From positions 3,456,001 through 3,520,000 of the forward strand of contig OZ219866.1 in assembly GCA_964291675.2 (NCBI GenBank): DNA of 64,000 nucleotides, given 5' to 3'. This document shows positions 40,704-50,928 of the stretch, in pieces. Every line of letters begins with the position of its first letter. The stretch's first letter is position 1. This stretch comes from Alphaproteobacteria bacterium (GTDB lineage Bacteria > Pseudomonadota > Alphaproteobacteria > MPNO01). The translations under genes were made by a program, and so were the position numbers. The notes beneath the pieces are model-generated. The model was not told the origin of the DNA and did no database searches. It was given only the letters and a program-made list of their open reading frames with translations.

Positions 40704-41729
40704 TCAACCCGGCCGGGCGAGGGCGGTGGCGATGCGTTCCAGGCGGACGGAGCCGACCGGCTTGCCGTCGCGGGTGACCGCGGCGACCTCCGCCCCGCTG
40801 CCGATCAGCGATTGAAGAGCGTCGTCGAGCACCGTCGCGGCGTCGATCTCGGGCGCGCCGTTCGCCGGCCCGGCGTCCATGATCGAGGCGACCTCGATCA
40901 CCCGGCCGCGGTTGATGTCCTTGATGAAGTCGGAGACGTAGTCGTCCGCCGGGCGCAGCACGATGTCCTGCGGGGTCCCGATCTGCACCGCCTCGCCGTC
41001 GCGCAGGATGGCGATGTTGTTGCCGAGCCGCAGCGCCTCTTCGAGGTCGTGGGTGATGAACACGATGGTCTTGTGCAGCTCGGTCTGGAGGTCGAGCAGG
41101 ATGTCCTGCATGTCGGTGCGGATCAGCGGGTCGAGCGCCGAGAACGGCTCGTCCATCAGCAGGATCTCGGCATCGGTGGCGAGCGCCCGCGCCAGCCCCA
41201 CCCGCTGCTGCATGCCGCCCGAGAGCTGCGCGGTGTAGTAGTTCTCGTAGCCGCTGAGCCCGACCCGGTCGATCCAGCGCTGGCTGCGTTCGGCGACCTC
41301 CGCCTTGTCGACCCCCTGGATGTGCAGGCCGTAGGCGACGTTGGCGACGACGGTCCGGTGGGGCAGCAGCGCGAAGCGCTGGAACACCATCGACGCCTTC
41401 GCGCGCCGGAAGTCGCGCAGCGCCGGCGGGCTCATGGCGAGCACGTCCTCGCCGTCGACCAGCACCTCGCCCGAGGTCGGCTCGATCAGCCGGTTGACGT
41501 GGCGGATCAGGGTCGACTTGCCCGACCCCGACAGCCCCATCACCACCTGGATGTGACGCGCCTCGACGTCGAGGTTGATGTCCTTGAGGCCGAGCACGTG
41601 GCCGTGCCGCTCCAGCAGGTCGTCCTTGGACATCCCCGCCCGGACATGGTCCGTCATGGCGGCCGCGCTGGGCCCGAAGATCTTGTAGAGGTCCCTGATC
41701 GCGACCTTGATGTCAGCGTTGGTGCTCAT
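40704..41729 (-). CDS. proV: Glycine betaine/proline ABC ATP-binding protein
   Basis: GLSGSGKS, LSGGMQQRVGLARAL, DEPFSALDPLIR. Confidence 0.88.
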   Translation of the reverse strand: MSTNADIKVAIRDLYKIFGPSAAAMTDHVRAGMSKDDLLERHGHVLGLKDINLDVEARHIQVVMGLSGSGKSTLIRHVNRLIEPTSGEVLVDGEDVLAMSPPALRDFRRAKASMVFQRFALLPHRTVVANVAYGLHIQGVDKAEVAERSQRWIDRVGLSGYENYYTAQLSGGMQQRVGLARALATDAEILLMDEPFSALDPLIRTDMQDILLDLQTELHKTIVFITHDLEEALRLGNNIAILRDGEAVQIGTPQDIVLRPADDYVSDFIKDINRGRVIEVASIMDAGPANGAPEIDAATVLDDALQSLIGSGAEVAAVTRDGKPVGSVRLERIATALARPG

Positions 41730-42603
41730 CCCTCCGGTGCTTTTGCAGGTTCTTGCCGAATCCCTGCGAGATCCGGTCGAAGATGATCGCCAGCACGACG
41801 ATGGCGAGGCCGTTCATCAGCCCGAGCGCGAGATACTGGTTGGAGATCGCCCTGAGCACCGGAACGCCGAGCCCCTTGACCCCGATCATCGAGGCGATGA
41901 CCACCATGGCGAGCGACATCATGATCGTCTGGTTGACGCCGGCGAAGATGTTGGGGAGCGCCAGCGGGATCTGCACCCCCAGCAGCTTCTGGATATAGCT
42001 CGCCCCGAAGGCGTCGGCGGCCTCCAGCACCTCCCGGTCGACCAGCCGGATGCCGAGATTGGTCAGGCGCACGATCGGCGGCAGGGCGTAGATGCACACC
42101 GCGATCAGCCCCGGGACCTTGCCGATGCCGAGCAGCATCACGACGGGGATCAGATAGACGAAGCTCGGGATCGTCTGCATCACGTCGAGCAGCGGGGTGA
42201 TCGCCGCCTGGACGCGGTCCGAGCGCGCCATGGCGATGCCGATCGGAATCCCCACCGCGATGCAGAGCAGCGTGGCGACGGACACGATGGCGAGCGTCGC
42301 CATCGTGTCCTGCCACATGCCGAGATAGCCGATCGCGAGAAACGCCGCGACCGTCCCGCCCACCACCAGCCAGTTCCGGGCGCCGAGCCAGGCGAAGGCG
42401 GCGATGGCCAGGATGACCAGCGGCCACGGGCTGGTCTGCAGCAGCCGCTCGAACCAGACCAGGAACTGGAGCAGCGGCTCGAAGAAGTTCTCGATCGCTT
42501 CCCCGTGGCTGCGCGAGAAATCGCGAAACCCCCGGTCTATGGCATTCTTGAGGTCGCGAAGCGCCTGATCCCCCAGCGTGGGGAATTTGTCCAACAGTTC
42601 CAC
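41713..42603 (-). CDS. proW: Glycine betaine/proline ABC permease
   Basis: LDVMQTIPSFVYLIP, GVNQTIMMSL. Confidence 0.88.
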   Translation of the reverse strand: MELLDKFPTLGDQALRDLKNAIDRGFRDFSRSHGEAIENFFEPLLQFLVWFERLLQTSPWPLVILAIAAFAWLGARNWLVVGGTVAAFLAIGYLGMWQDTMATLAIVSVATLLCIAVGIPIGIAMARSDRVQAAITPLLDVMQTIPSFVYLIPVVMLLGIGKVPGLIAVCIYALPPIVRLTNLGIRLVDREVLEAADAFGASYIQKLLGVQIPLALPNIFAGVNQTIMMSLAMVVIASMIGVKGLGVPVLRAISNQYLALGLMNGLAIVVLAIIFDRISQGFGKNLQKHRRDEHQR

Positions 42604-42677
42604 GTCCGGAAGCCCTGGCGCAGCGCGGCCGGGTCCGCCGACGACCGGCGGTCAGCGGACCCGTGAGTAACCAGGGC

Positions 42678-43682
42678 CTACAGCGAGGCCTTCACCTTGG
42701 CCGCGGCATCCGCCGACACCCACTTGGTCCAGACGCCCTCGTGCTTGCGCAGGAACTCCACCGCCGCGTCCTCGCCGCTCGCCTGGTTGGCCTGCATGTA
42801 GACCAGCATGCCGTTCATGATGTCGCCGGGAAAGACGCGCTTCTTCAGATAGTCGAGCGCCACCCCGCCGGCCTTCATGAACTTGTCGCTGACCACGGTA
42901 TGCACCTCGGACTTGGTCCAGGACGAGGGTTTCGGATCCGCGCATTCCTGTTCCGGTTTGACGATGCAGCCGTCCCAGTGCTCGCTGCCGACGAACGGCA
43001 CGCCGAACGGCACCTTCACGATGCCGAGCTTGCCGACCAGCGCGGTCGGCGACCAGTAATAGCCGAACCAGTTCTGGCCCCGCTCCACCGCCTTGGCCAT
43101 GGAGCCGTCCAGACCCGCGGCGGAACCGGGATCGACCAGCACCCAGCCCTTCTCCTTCATCTTGAAGCCCCGGAACAGGTTGGCGTTGGTCAACTGGCAG
43201 CCCCAGCCGGCCGGGCAGCCGACGAACGCCCCCTTCGACTTGTCCTCCTGGTAGGGGAACAGGTCGGGGCGTTCCAGGATGTCCAGAACCGTCTTCAGCT
43301 CAGGGTGCTTCTTCGCCGTGTGCGGCGAAATCCACCAGCCCTCGCCGAGCCCGGTGATCGGCCCTTCGTTCAGCGAGTGCAGCCGCCCTTCCTTGGTCGC
43401 CATGCCGAGCGGGTTGCGCACCGCGTTGATCCAGAGCTCGGGCGCAACGTCGGGCGCGCCCTTCTCGTTCATCGAGGTGAAGGTCGGCATCGTGTCACCC
43501 GGAACCAGCGAGGCCTTGCAGCCATAGCCCTTCTCCAGGACGATCTTGTCCACGTTGGCCATCAGCTCGGCCGATGCCCAGTTCATGTTCGCGATCACCA
43601 CCGACCCGCAAGCGGCCAGCGCGCCCGGCGCCGCGGCCAGCCCTACCGCCGCCGCCGCCAGAACCGTCAGAAGCTTCTTCAT
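42678..43682 (-). CDS. proX: Glycine betaine-type ABC substrate-binding protein
   Basis: Signal peptide; MNWAS, CPAGWGC, YYWSPT. Confidence 0.85.
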   Translation of the reverse strand: MKKLLTVLAAAAVGLAAAPGALAACGSVVIANMNWASAELMANVDKIVLEKGYGCKASLVPGDTMPTFTSMNEKGAPDVAPELWINAVRNPLGMATKEGRLHSLNEGPITGLGEGWWISPHTAKKHPELKTVLDILERPDLFPYQEDKSKGAFVGCPAGWGCQLTNANLFRGFKMKEKGWVLVDPGSAAGLDGSMAKAVERGQNWFGYYWSPTALVGKLGIVKVPFGVPFVGSEHWDGCIVKPEQECADPKPSSWTKSEVHTVVSDKFMKAGGVALDYLKKRVFPGDIMNGMLVYMQANQASGEDAAVEFLRKHEGVWTKWVSADAAAKVKASL

Positions 43683-43774
43683 GCGTACCTCCCACCTTCT
43701 TTTGCTACTGCGCCCCAGCATAAACACATGGCTGGAGAAGTCACCCCGGGATGTTCCCGGCGGTTGCAGGAAAT

Positions 43775-44524
43775 TCAGAAATCGCCGGCAGGAATTGCGC
43801 CGGCTCCCCGTCGCGCCGGCAGGACGGCATCGAGCAGGGCGGGCGCGGCGCGCCACACCTCGCCCGCTGCGCGAATGCGCGGCAGGGGGAGGACGGGCGT
43901 CGTCGGCAGGAAACCGCGCAGCGTCTCCACGGTCGGCGCGAGGCCGACATCGTTGTCCTCCGACTCGCTGATCGCCGCCGCCGCGATGGCGATGCCCGCG
44001 CTCTCCAGGGCGCGCGCGGCGGTGAGCGTGTGGCTGAGCGCCCCCAGATAGCTGCCGCCGACGAGGACCGCGGGAAGGCCGAGCGCGGCGATCCAGTCGA
44101 GCACGGTCCGGCGCGTCGTCACCGGCACCATCGCGCCGCCCACCCCCTCGATCAGCAGGGTCTCGCCGGCGGCGGCGCACGCCTTCATCTCGGCCCGGCA
44201 GAACCCGACCAGGGCGTCGAAGTCGATCTCCCGCCCTTCGGCGGCGGCGGCCATGTGGGGGGAGAGCGGCGCACCGAAGCGCCAGGGCGAGATCCCGGCG
44301 ATCCCGTCCGCGTCCACCGGCCGGCCGAGCGCGGCGAGGAGCCGGCCCGAATCCGAATCCGCGGGGGCAACCTCGTCGAGCCCGCTGATCACCGGCTTGA
44401 GCGCGCGCACCGGACGCCCCGCCTCGCGGAGCTGGTGGACCAGGGCCGCGGTCACCAGCGTCTTGCCGATTTCCGTGCCGGCGGCGGTGACGAACAGCGC
44501 GCGCGCGTCGGGATCGCGTTCCAT
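43775..44524 (-). CDS. bioD: Dethiobiotin synthase
   Basis: FVTAAGTEIGKT, ALKPV, IEGVGG, YLGALSHT. Confidence 0.88.
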   Translation of the reverse strand: MERDPDARALFVTAAGTEIGKTLVTAALVHQLREAGRPVRALKPVISGLDEVAPADSDSGRLLAALGRPVDADGIAGISPWRFGAPLSPHMAAAAEGREIDFDALVGFCRAEMKACAAAGETLLIEGVGGAMVPVTTRRTVLDWIAALGLPAVLVGGSYLGALSHTLTAARALESAGIAIAAAAISESEDNDVGLAPTVETLRGFLPTTPVLPLPRIRAAGEVWRAAPALLDAVLPARRGAGAIPAGDF

Positions 44525-44538
44525 CGGGCAAGCGGCGC

Positions 44539-45522
44539 TCAGGGCACGATCGCGATCTTGCCGAGATGCGAATCGCGGCGCATCTCGGCATAGGCGTCGG
44601 CCACCCGTTCGAGCGGATAGGCGGCGTGCAGCGGCAGCTCGATCTTCCCGCCCTCGATCGACGGGCCGAGATCGGCCCAGGCGCGCTCGACGATGGCGGC
44701 GATCTCGTCGTCCGAGCGGGTGCGGAAGGTCACCCCGATATAGTCGATCCGCTTGAGCGCGTGCAGGTCGAAGTCGAACTCCCCCGTCATCCCGCCGAGC
44801 CGCCCGACATTGACGATCCGGCCGCGAACCGCCGCCGCCTGCATGCCGGCGTTCACCGCCGGGCCCGACACCATGTCGACGATCAGATCGACCCCCTTGC
44901 CACCGGTCGCCGCGCGCACCCGGTCGGGCCAGAGGGGGTCGGATATGTCGATCCCCTCGTCCATGCCGAACGCGGCCAGGCGTTCCAGCCGGTCGCGCGA
45001 GCGCGAGGCGCCGAGCACCGGGGACGCCCCCTTGGCCCTGGCGATCTGCATGCCGACGATGCCGACGCCCGAACCGGCGCCGAGGAAGAGCACGCTCTCG
45101 CCCGCCGCGAGCCGGCCGTTGGTGACGATGGCATCGTGCATGGTCTCGACGGCGACGGGGAAGGCGGCCGCGCGCTCCCACGCCATGCCGTCGGGCACCG
45201 GGAAGACGTGGCGCTGGTCGACCGTGGTCAGTTCGGCGAAGGCGGAAGCGCCGAACCCCATCACCCGGTCGCCCGCCGCGAACCGGTCGGTGCCCGGGCC
45301 GAGGGCGGCGACCGTGCCGGCGAACTCGTTGCCGGCGATCGCCGGGCCCGATGCGCCGGTGCCGTGGCGGTGCCGGAGCGGCATCACCAGATCGGCGCGG
45401 TTGAGCCCCGCCGCCCCCACCCGCACCAGGAGCTCGCCCTCGCCGGGCGACGGTTCGGGCAGGTCGCCCGCGACCTCCAGCCGCCGCCTTCCGCCGTCTT
45501 CGACAATCACCGCCGCGCGCAT
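44539..45522 (-). CDS. MDR/quinone oxidoreductase family protein
   Basis: AAGLNRAD, GAGSGVG, HLGKIAI. Confidence 0.88.
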   Translation of the reverse strand: MRAAVIVEDGGRRRLEVAGDLPEPSPGEGELLVRVGAAGLNRADLVMPLRHRHGTGASGPAIAGNEFAGTVAALGPGTDRFAAGDRVMGFGASAFAELTTVDQRHVFPVPDGMAWERAAAFPVAVETMHDAIVTNGRLAAGESVLFLGAGSGVGIVGMQIARAKGASPVLGASRSRDRLERLAAFGMDEGIDISDPLWPDRVRAATGGKGVDLIVDMVSGPAVNAGMQAAAVRGRIVNVGRLGGMTGEFDFDLHALKRIDYIGVTFRTRSDDEIAAIVERAWADLGPSIEGGKIELPLHAAYPLERVADAYAEMRRDSHLGKIAIVP

Positions 45523-45536
45523 CTGTCTCTCCTCGG

Positions 45537-46940
45537 TCAGGGCAGGACTTCCGCCAGGTCGATCTTGTCCAGGTTGAGCGGCATCGCCGGCTCGAAGCGC
45601 TCGCGAACCGAGCTGTCGGCGCCCACCGGGCGCGTCGCGTCGATCAGCCACTTGGTGCCGATCCGGTACATCGGGCTCTGGCCCGGCACGATGTCGGATA
45701 TGTTGTCGAGCGACCAGGTCCGCGCGTTCGGTATTTTTACGACATCGCGCCCGGCGTCGACCCGCGTGGTCAGCGACCAGAAGACCTGGCGCAGATCGGT
45801 GCAGTCGATGTCCTCGTCGACCGCGATGGCGAGCTTGGGGTGCATCTGCGGACCCGAGAGCGCGGCCATCAGGGCGGTCTTCGCCTGGCCTTCCACCCGC
45901 GGCCTCAGCTTGACCACCACCGCCATCAGCCCGGCGATCCCGAGGCAGCGCAGGTCGAGCAGGTCGAGCCCGCCCTCGACGCGCTCCAGATGCTGCCACA
46001 GCAGCATGTCGATGGCGCTCGCGACCAGCGCCTGGGTGTCGGTCATCGGCGCGCCGCACTGCATGGCATAGAAGATCGGGTCGGCGCGGCGCGTCAGCGC
46101 CGCCACCTTGAAGACCTGAATGCGGCCCTCCATCGCATAGCCGCCCGATCCCTCGCCGAACGGACCCTCGGGCGTGGTCTCGTCGGGCGGGATCTCGCCT
46201 TCCAGCACCAGCTCCGCGTCGGCCGGCACCTCCATGTCGACGCTCTCGCAGCGCACCATGCGGACCGGCTCGCCGAGCAGCGCGCCCGCGACGGTGAGCT
46301 CGTCGGTGCCGTAGGGCGCGGTATAGGAGGACGCGAAATAGATCGCCGGATGCGCCCCCACCGCGACCGCCACCGGCATCGGCTCGTTTCGCGCCTGGTA
46401 TTTCTGGTAGATCCTGAGCGCCTGGCGCGGGCAGATCAGGTAGCCCGTCCGGTCGGGGCCGAGCACCTGCATGCGGTGGATCGACATGTTGCGGATGCCG
46501 GTGTCGGGGTCCTTGACGATCGCCATGCCGGCGGCGATGTAGGGGCCGGGATCGGCCTCCGACGTCCAGACCGCGGGGATGCGCGTGAGGTCGACCTCCG
46601 GGCCGCGCAGGACGACCTGCTTGACCGGGGCATCCGCCCGCGGGATCTCCGCCGTCGGCACGGGCTTTCGCAGCCGCGCGTTGAAGCTCGCCACCACGTC
46701 CCGCTCGGCGACGCCGAGCGCGATACCCCATTTGCGCCGGTCGGCGATGATCTGGTTCGCCACCCGCCAGCCCGCAAACCCCACCGGGTCGGTGAACAGG
46801 CTCGCCTTGCCCAGCCGGTCGTATGTCTTCCAGCCGATGGCGGTGAGGTCGGCGAGCGGATCGACCGGCCGGTCGAAGCGGACCAGCTCGCCCGCCGCTT
46901 CCAGCGCATCGAGATAGCCGCGAATCGATTGATCGCCCAC
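45537..46940 (-). CDS. UbiD family (prFMN) decarboxylase
   Basis: DPGPYI, NMSIHR, EGPFGE, VDEDID. Confidence 0.9.
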   Translation of the reverse strand: MGDQSIRGYLDALEAAGELVRFDRPVDPLADLTAIGWKTYDRLGKASLFTDPVGFAGWRVANQIIADRRKWGIALGVAERDVVASFNARLRKPVPTAEIPRADAPVKQVVLRGPEVDLTRIPAVWTSEADPGPYIAAGMAIVKDPDTGIRNMSIHRMQVLGPDRTGYLICPRQALRIYQKYQARNEPMPVAVAVGAHPAIYFASSYTAPYGTDELTVAGALLGEPVRMVRCESVDMEVPADAELVLEGEIPPDETTPEGPFGEGSGGYAMEGRIQVFKVAALTRRADPIFYAMQCGAPMTDTQALVASAIDMLLWQHLERVEGGLDLLDLRCLGIAGLMAVVVKLRPRVEGQAKTALMAALSGPQMHPKLAIAVDEDIDCTDLRQVFWSLTTRVDAGRDVVKIPNARTWSLDNISDIVPGQSPMYRIGTKWLIDATRPVGADSSVRERFEPAMPLNLDKIDLAEVLP

Positions 46941-47018
46941 GCATGCCTCCGGCCGATTGATCCGGCCCCGCGGTGCCGGTAAGGAACGGCCAATCTACCA
47001 CCAGCGGGAGCACGCGGC

Positions 47019-48197
47019 ATGACCGCCCGGTTCGACGATCCGCTCGGCGCGTTCTGCACCCACAGCCGCCCGACCGCGCCGGGGAGCGGGCAGGGACCCC
47101 TCAAGGGTTTCGCCTTCGCGGTCAAGGACGTGTTCGACATCGCCGGCTACAAGACCGGGTTCGGCAGCCCGGAATGGCTCGCCACGCACGAGGCGGCGAC
47201 GGCGACGGCCCCGGCGGTCCGGCGCCTGCTCGATGCCGGCGCGCGGATGGTGGGCAAGACCCTGACCGACGAGCTTGCCTACAGCCTGACCGGGGAGAAC
47301 GTCCATTACGGCACGCCGGTCAACCCGGCGGCTCCCGACCGGGTTCCCGGCGGCTCGTCCAACGGCTCCGCCTCGGCGGTGGCCGGCGGGCTGGCCGATT
47401 TCGCGCTCGGGACCGATTGCGGCGGCTCGGTGCGGCTGCCGGCGAGCTATTGCGGCATCTTCGGCATCCGCCCGACGGTCGACCGGGTACCGCTCGACGG
47501 CGTGATTCCGTTCGGCCCGCCCTTCGACGTGGCCGGCTGGTTCGCCCGCGATGCGGGGCTGCTGGAGGCCGTCGGCCGGGTGTTGCTCGACGACGCCGCG
47601 CCGCCGCCGCGGCGCCTGCTGCGCGGGGTCGATGCCTTCGCGGCGGCCGGGGAGCGGGTCGCCGCGGCGCTCGCCGAGGCGGTCGCCCGGGCGGAGGACG
47701 CGGTCGCCCCGGCGGTCGATTTGTCGCTGGCCGAGGGCGGGCTGGGAGGCTGGTTCGAGACCTTCCGGGTCGTGCAGGCCGCCTCGATCTGGTCCAATCT
47801 CGGCGCCTGGGTGACCGAGACCCGGCCGCGCCTCGGGCCCGGGGCGAAGATGCGGCTCGACTGGGCTTCCGGTCTCGACGCGCGCACCGTCGCCGCGGCG
47901 CGGGCCGAGCACGCGGCGATCCGGGACCGCCTGGACTCGGTCCTCGGGGACGGGGACGTGCTCGTCATCCCCACCTCGCCGCGCGCCGCGCCGCTCAAGA
48001 ACACGCCGCTCGACGACATCGAGATCCGCTTCCGCAACCAGGCGATGCATCTGCTGTGCATCGCCGGGCTCGGCGGGCTGCCGCAGGTCAGCCTGCCGAT
48101 GGCGACGATCGACGGCCTGCCGCTCGGCCTCTCGCTGGTCGGGCCGCGCGGGGCGGACATGCAATTGCTGGCGCTGGCCCGTAAACTGTGCGCCTGA
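47019..48197 (+). CDS. Amidase signature family protein
   Basis: AVKD, PGGSSNGSA, GTDCGGSVRLPA. Confidence 0.9.
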   Translation: MTARFDDPLGAFCTHSRPTAPGSGQGPLKGFAFAVKDVFDIAGYKTGFGSPEWLATHEAATATAPAVRRLLDAGARMVGKTLTDELAYSLTGENVHYGTPVNPAAPDRVPGGSSNGSASAVAGGLADFALGTDCGGSVRLPASYCGIFGIRPTVDRVPLDGVIPFGPPFDVAGWFARDAGLLEAVGRVLLDDAAPPPRRLLRGVDAFAAAGERVAAALAEAVARAEDAVAPAVDLSLAEGGLGGWFETFRVVQAASIWSNLGAWVTETRPRLGPGAKMRLDWASGLDARTVAAARAEHAAIRDRLDSVLGDGDVLVIPTSPRAAPLKNTPLDDIEIRFRNQAMHLLCIAGLGGLPQVSLPMATIDGLPLGLSLVGPRGADMQLLALARKLCA

Positions 48198-48214
48198 CCG
48201 GAGGGAGGGAGAGG

Positions 48215-48916
48215 ATGCCCCATCAGCTGGAGATCCCGGACTACGTGATCGAACGCATCATGGCCAAGCGGGGCCGTCTTCACGTCTTCGACAGGTTCGA
48301 TCCGACGAAGACCGCCCTGGTGGTGATCGACATGCAGAACTTCTTCGTCGCCGAGGTCGACACCGCGAAAAGCATCTGCCCCAACATCAACCGGCTCGCC
48401 GCTTCGGTCCGGGCGCGCGGCGGCGTGGTCGCCTGGGTGCTGCTGACGGTGGCCGAGGAGATGGACGGCCCGAGCCTGTGGCCGATCTACCACGACCACT
48501 TCTTCACCCCGGCCAAGATGAAGGCGCACAAGGACGGTCTGACCGAGGGCAGCGAGGGCCACCGGCTCTACCACACCCTGGAGGTGGAGGAGACCGACCT
48601 GATCGCCCGCAAGACGCGGTTCTCGACCTTTATCCAGGGGTCTTCCGACCTCGACGAGAGGCTGCGCGCGCGCGGCATCGAGAACCTGCTGATCGCCGGC
48701 ACCGCGACCAATTTCTGCTGCGAGACCAGCGCGCGCGACGCGATGATGATCGGCTACCGCGTGGTCATGGTCTCCGACGCCAACGCGGCGCGCTACGACG
48801 AGGACCACCTGGTCGGGCTGACCTCGGTCTGGCAGAGCTTCGGCGACGTGCGCGGCGTGGACGACTGCATCGACGCGCTGCTGGCGCCCGGGGTCGAAAC
48901 CGCGGCCGCCGAATAG
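48215..48916 (+). CDS. Isochorismatase/cysteine hydrolase
   Basis: VIDMQN, KTRFS, GTATNFCCETSARDA. Confidence 0.88.
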   Translation: MPHQLEIPDYVIERIMAKRGRLHVFDRFDPTKTALVVIDMQNFFVAEVDTAKSICPNINRLAASVRARGGVVAWVLLTVAEEMDGPSLWPIYHDHFFTPAKMKAHKDGLTEGSEGHRLYHTLEVEETDLIARKTRFSTFIQGSSDLDERLRARGIENLLIAGTATNFCCETSARDAMMIGYRVVMVSDANAARYDEDHLVGLTSVWQSFGDVRGVDDCIDALLAPGVETAAAE

Positions 48917-48923
48917 CGGCTCC

Positions 48924-49697
<774 letters not shown>

Positions 49698-49702
49698 GGG
49701 GC

Positions 49703-50176
49703 TCAGCGGAACTCGACGCCCATCACCTCGTAGGACTTGGTGCCCTTGGGGGTGGTCACCTCGACCGAGTCGCCGATGGTCCGCCCGATCACCGCGCGGG
49801 CCAGCGGGGAGGTGACCGACAGCCGTCCGGCGTCGACATCGGACTCGTGCTCGCCCACGATCTGGAACGTGCGCTCCTGCTCGGTGTCCTCGTCGGAGAG
49901 CGTGACGATGGCGCCGAACTTGATCTCCTTGCCCGAGAGCTTGGCCACGTCGATCACCTCGGCGCGCCTGATCACGTCCTCGATATCGGCCACCCTTCCC
50001 TCGACGAAGGCCTGGCGTTCGCGCGCGGCGTGGTATTCCGCGTTCTCGGAGAGGTCGCCATGCTCGCGCGCGGCGGCGATGGCGCGAATGATCTCCGGCC
50101 GCTCGACCGATTTCAGCCGCTTGAGCTCCGCTTCCAGGTGCGAATACCCTTCCGCGGTCATGGGCACTCTGTCCAT
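49703..50176 (-). CDS. greA: Transcription elongation factor GreA
   Basis: [16 protein letters not shown]. Confidence 0.95.
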   Translation of the reverse strand: MDRVPMTAEGYSHLEAELKRLKSVERPEIIRAIAAAREHGDLSENAEYHAARERQAFVEGRVADIEDVIRRAEVIDVAKLSGKEIKFGAIVTLSDEDTEQERTFQIVGEHESDVDAGRLSVTSPLARAVIGRTIGDSVEVTTPKGTKSYEVMGVEFR

Positions 50177-50431
50177 CATCCGACCACCGTACCAAAACCG
50201 CCCCCACGCGGCGCCGGCCACGCGAACCCGATGCCGATGCGAGGGGACTTGTCAGGCCCTTGAATGTAGGATCGCCGGATGTCAAGTTCAAGCGTCGAGC
50301 CCCGTGGGCGCCCCGGCGGGGCCAGCCGCAAGCGGCGGGCCGGAGGCTGCGGCCGGGGTCCCGGCCCGGCGAGACGGCAGCGCGTTCGCGGTCTGTAATC
50401 CGGCGTGGTTGGCATCGAGCAGGGAGCCGAG

Positions 50432-50893
50432 ATGCTTCGCAAGCGCCTGGCCGACCGGCTGAAAGCGGGGATGAAGGAAAAGGACGCCTGCACGGTGTCG
50501 ACGGTTCGCCTGATCCTGGCCGCGATCAAGGACCGCGATATCGCCTCGCGCGGCAGGGGCGAGGGCGAAGCGATCGCCGACCAGGACATACTGGGCGTGT
50601 TGCAGACCATGGTGCGCCAGCGCGAGGAGGCGATCGCGCTCTACCGGCAGGGCGGCCGGGACGAGCTCGCGCGGCAGGAAGAGGAGGAGATCCGCGTCAT
50701 CGAGGGCTTCCTGCCGCGGCAGATGTCGGACGACGAGACCGCCGGCGCGGTTCACGCGCTGATCGCCGAGATCGGCGCGGACAGCATCAAGGACATGGGA
50801 CGCACGATGGCGCTCCTGAAGGAGCGCTATGCCGGGCGGATGAATTTCGGCCGTGCCAGCGCGGTGGTAAAATCCGAGCTGGCCGGAAGCTGA
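50432..50893 (+). CDS. GatB/YqeY domain protein
   Basis: RLILAAIKDRDI, FLPRQM, DMGRTM. Confidence 0.9.
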   Translation: MLRKRLADRLKAGMKEKDACTVSTVRLILAAIKDRDIASRGRGEGEAIADQDILGVLQTMVRQREEAIALYRQGGRDELARQEEEEIRVIEGFLPRQMSDDETAGAVHALIAEIGADSIKDMGRTMALLKERYAGRMNFGRASAVVKSELAGS

Positions 50894-50928
50894 CCGGCCC
50901 GGGCGCATAGCACGCGACGGGGGACGGG

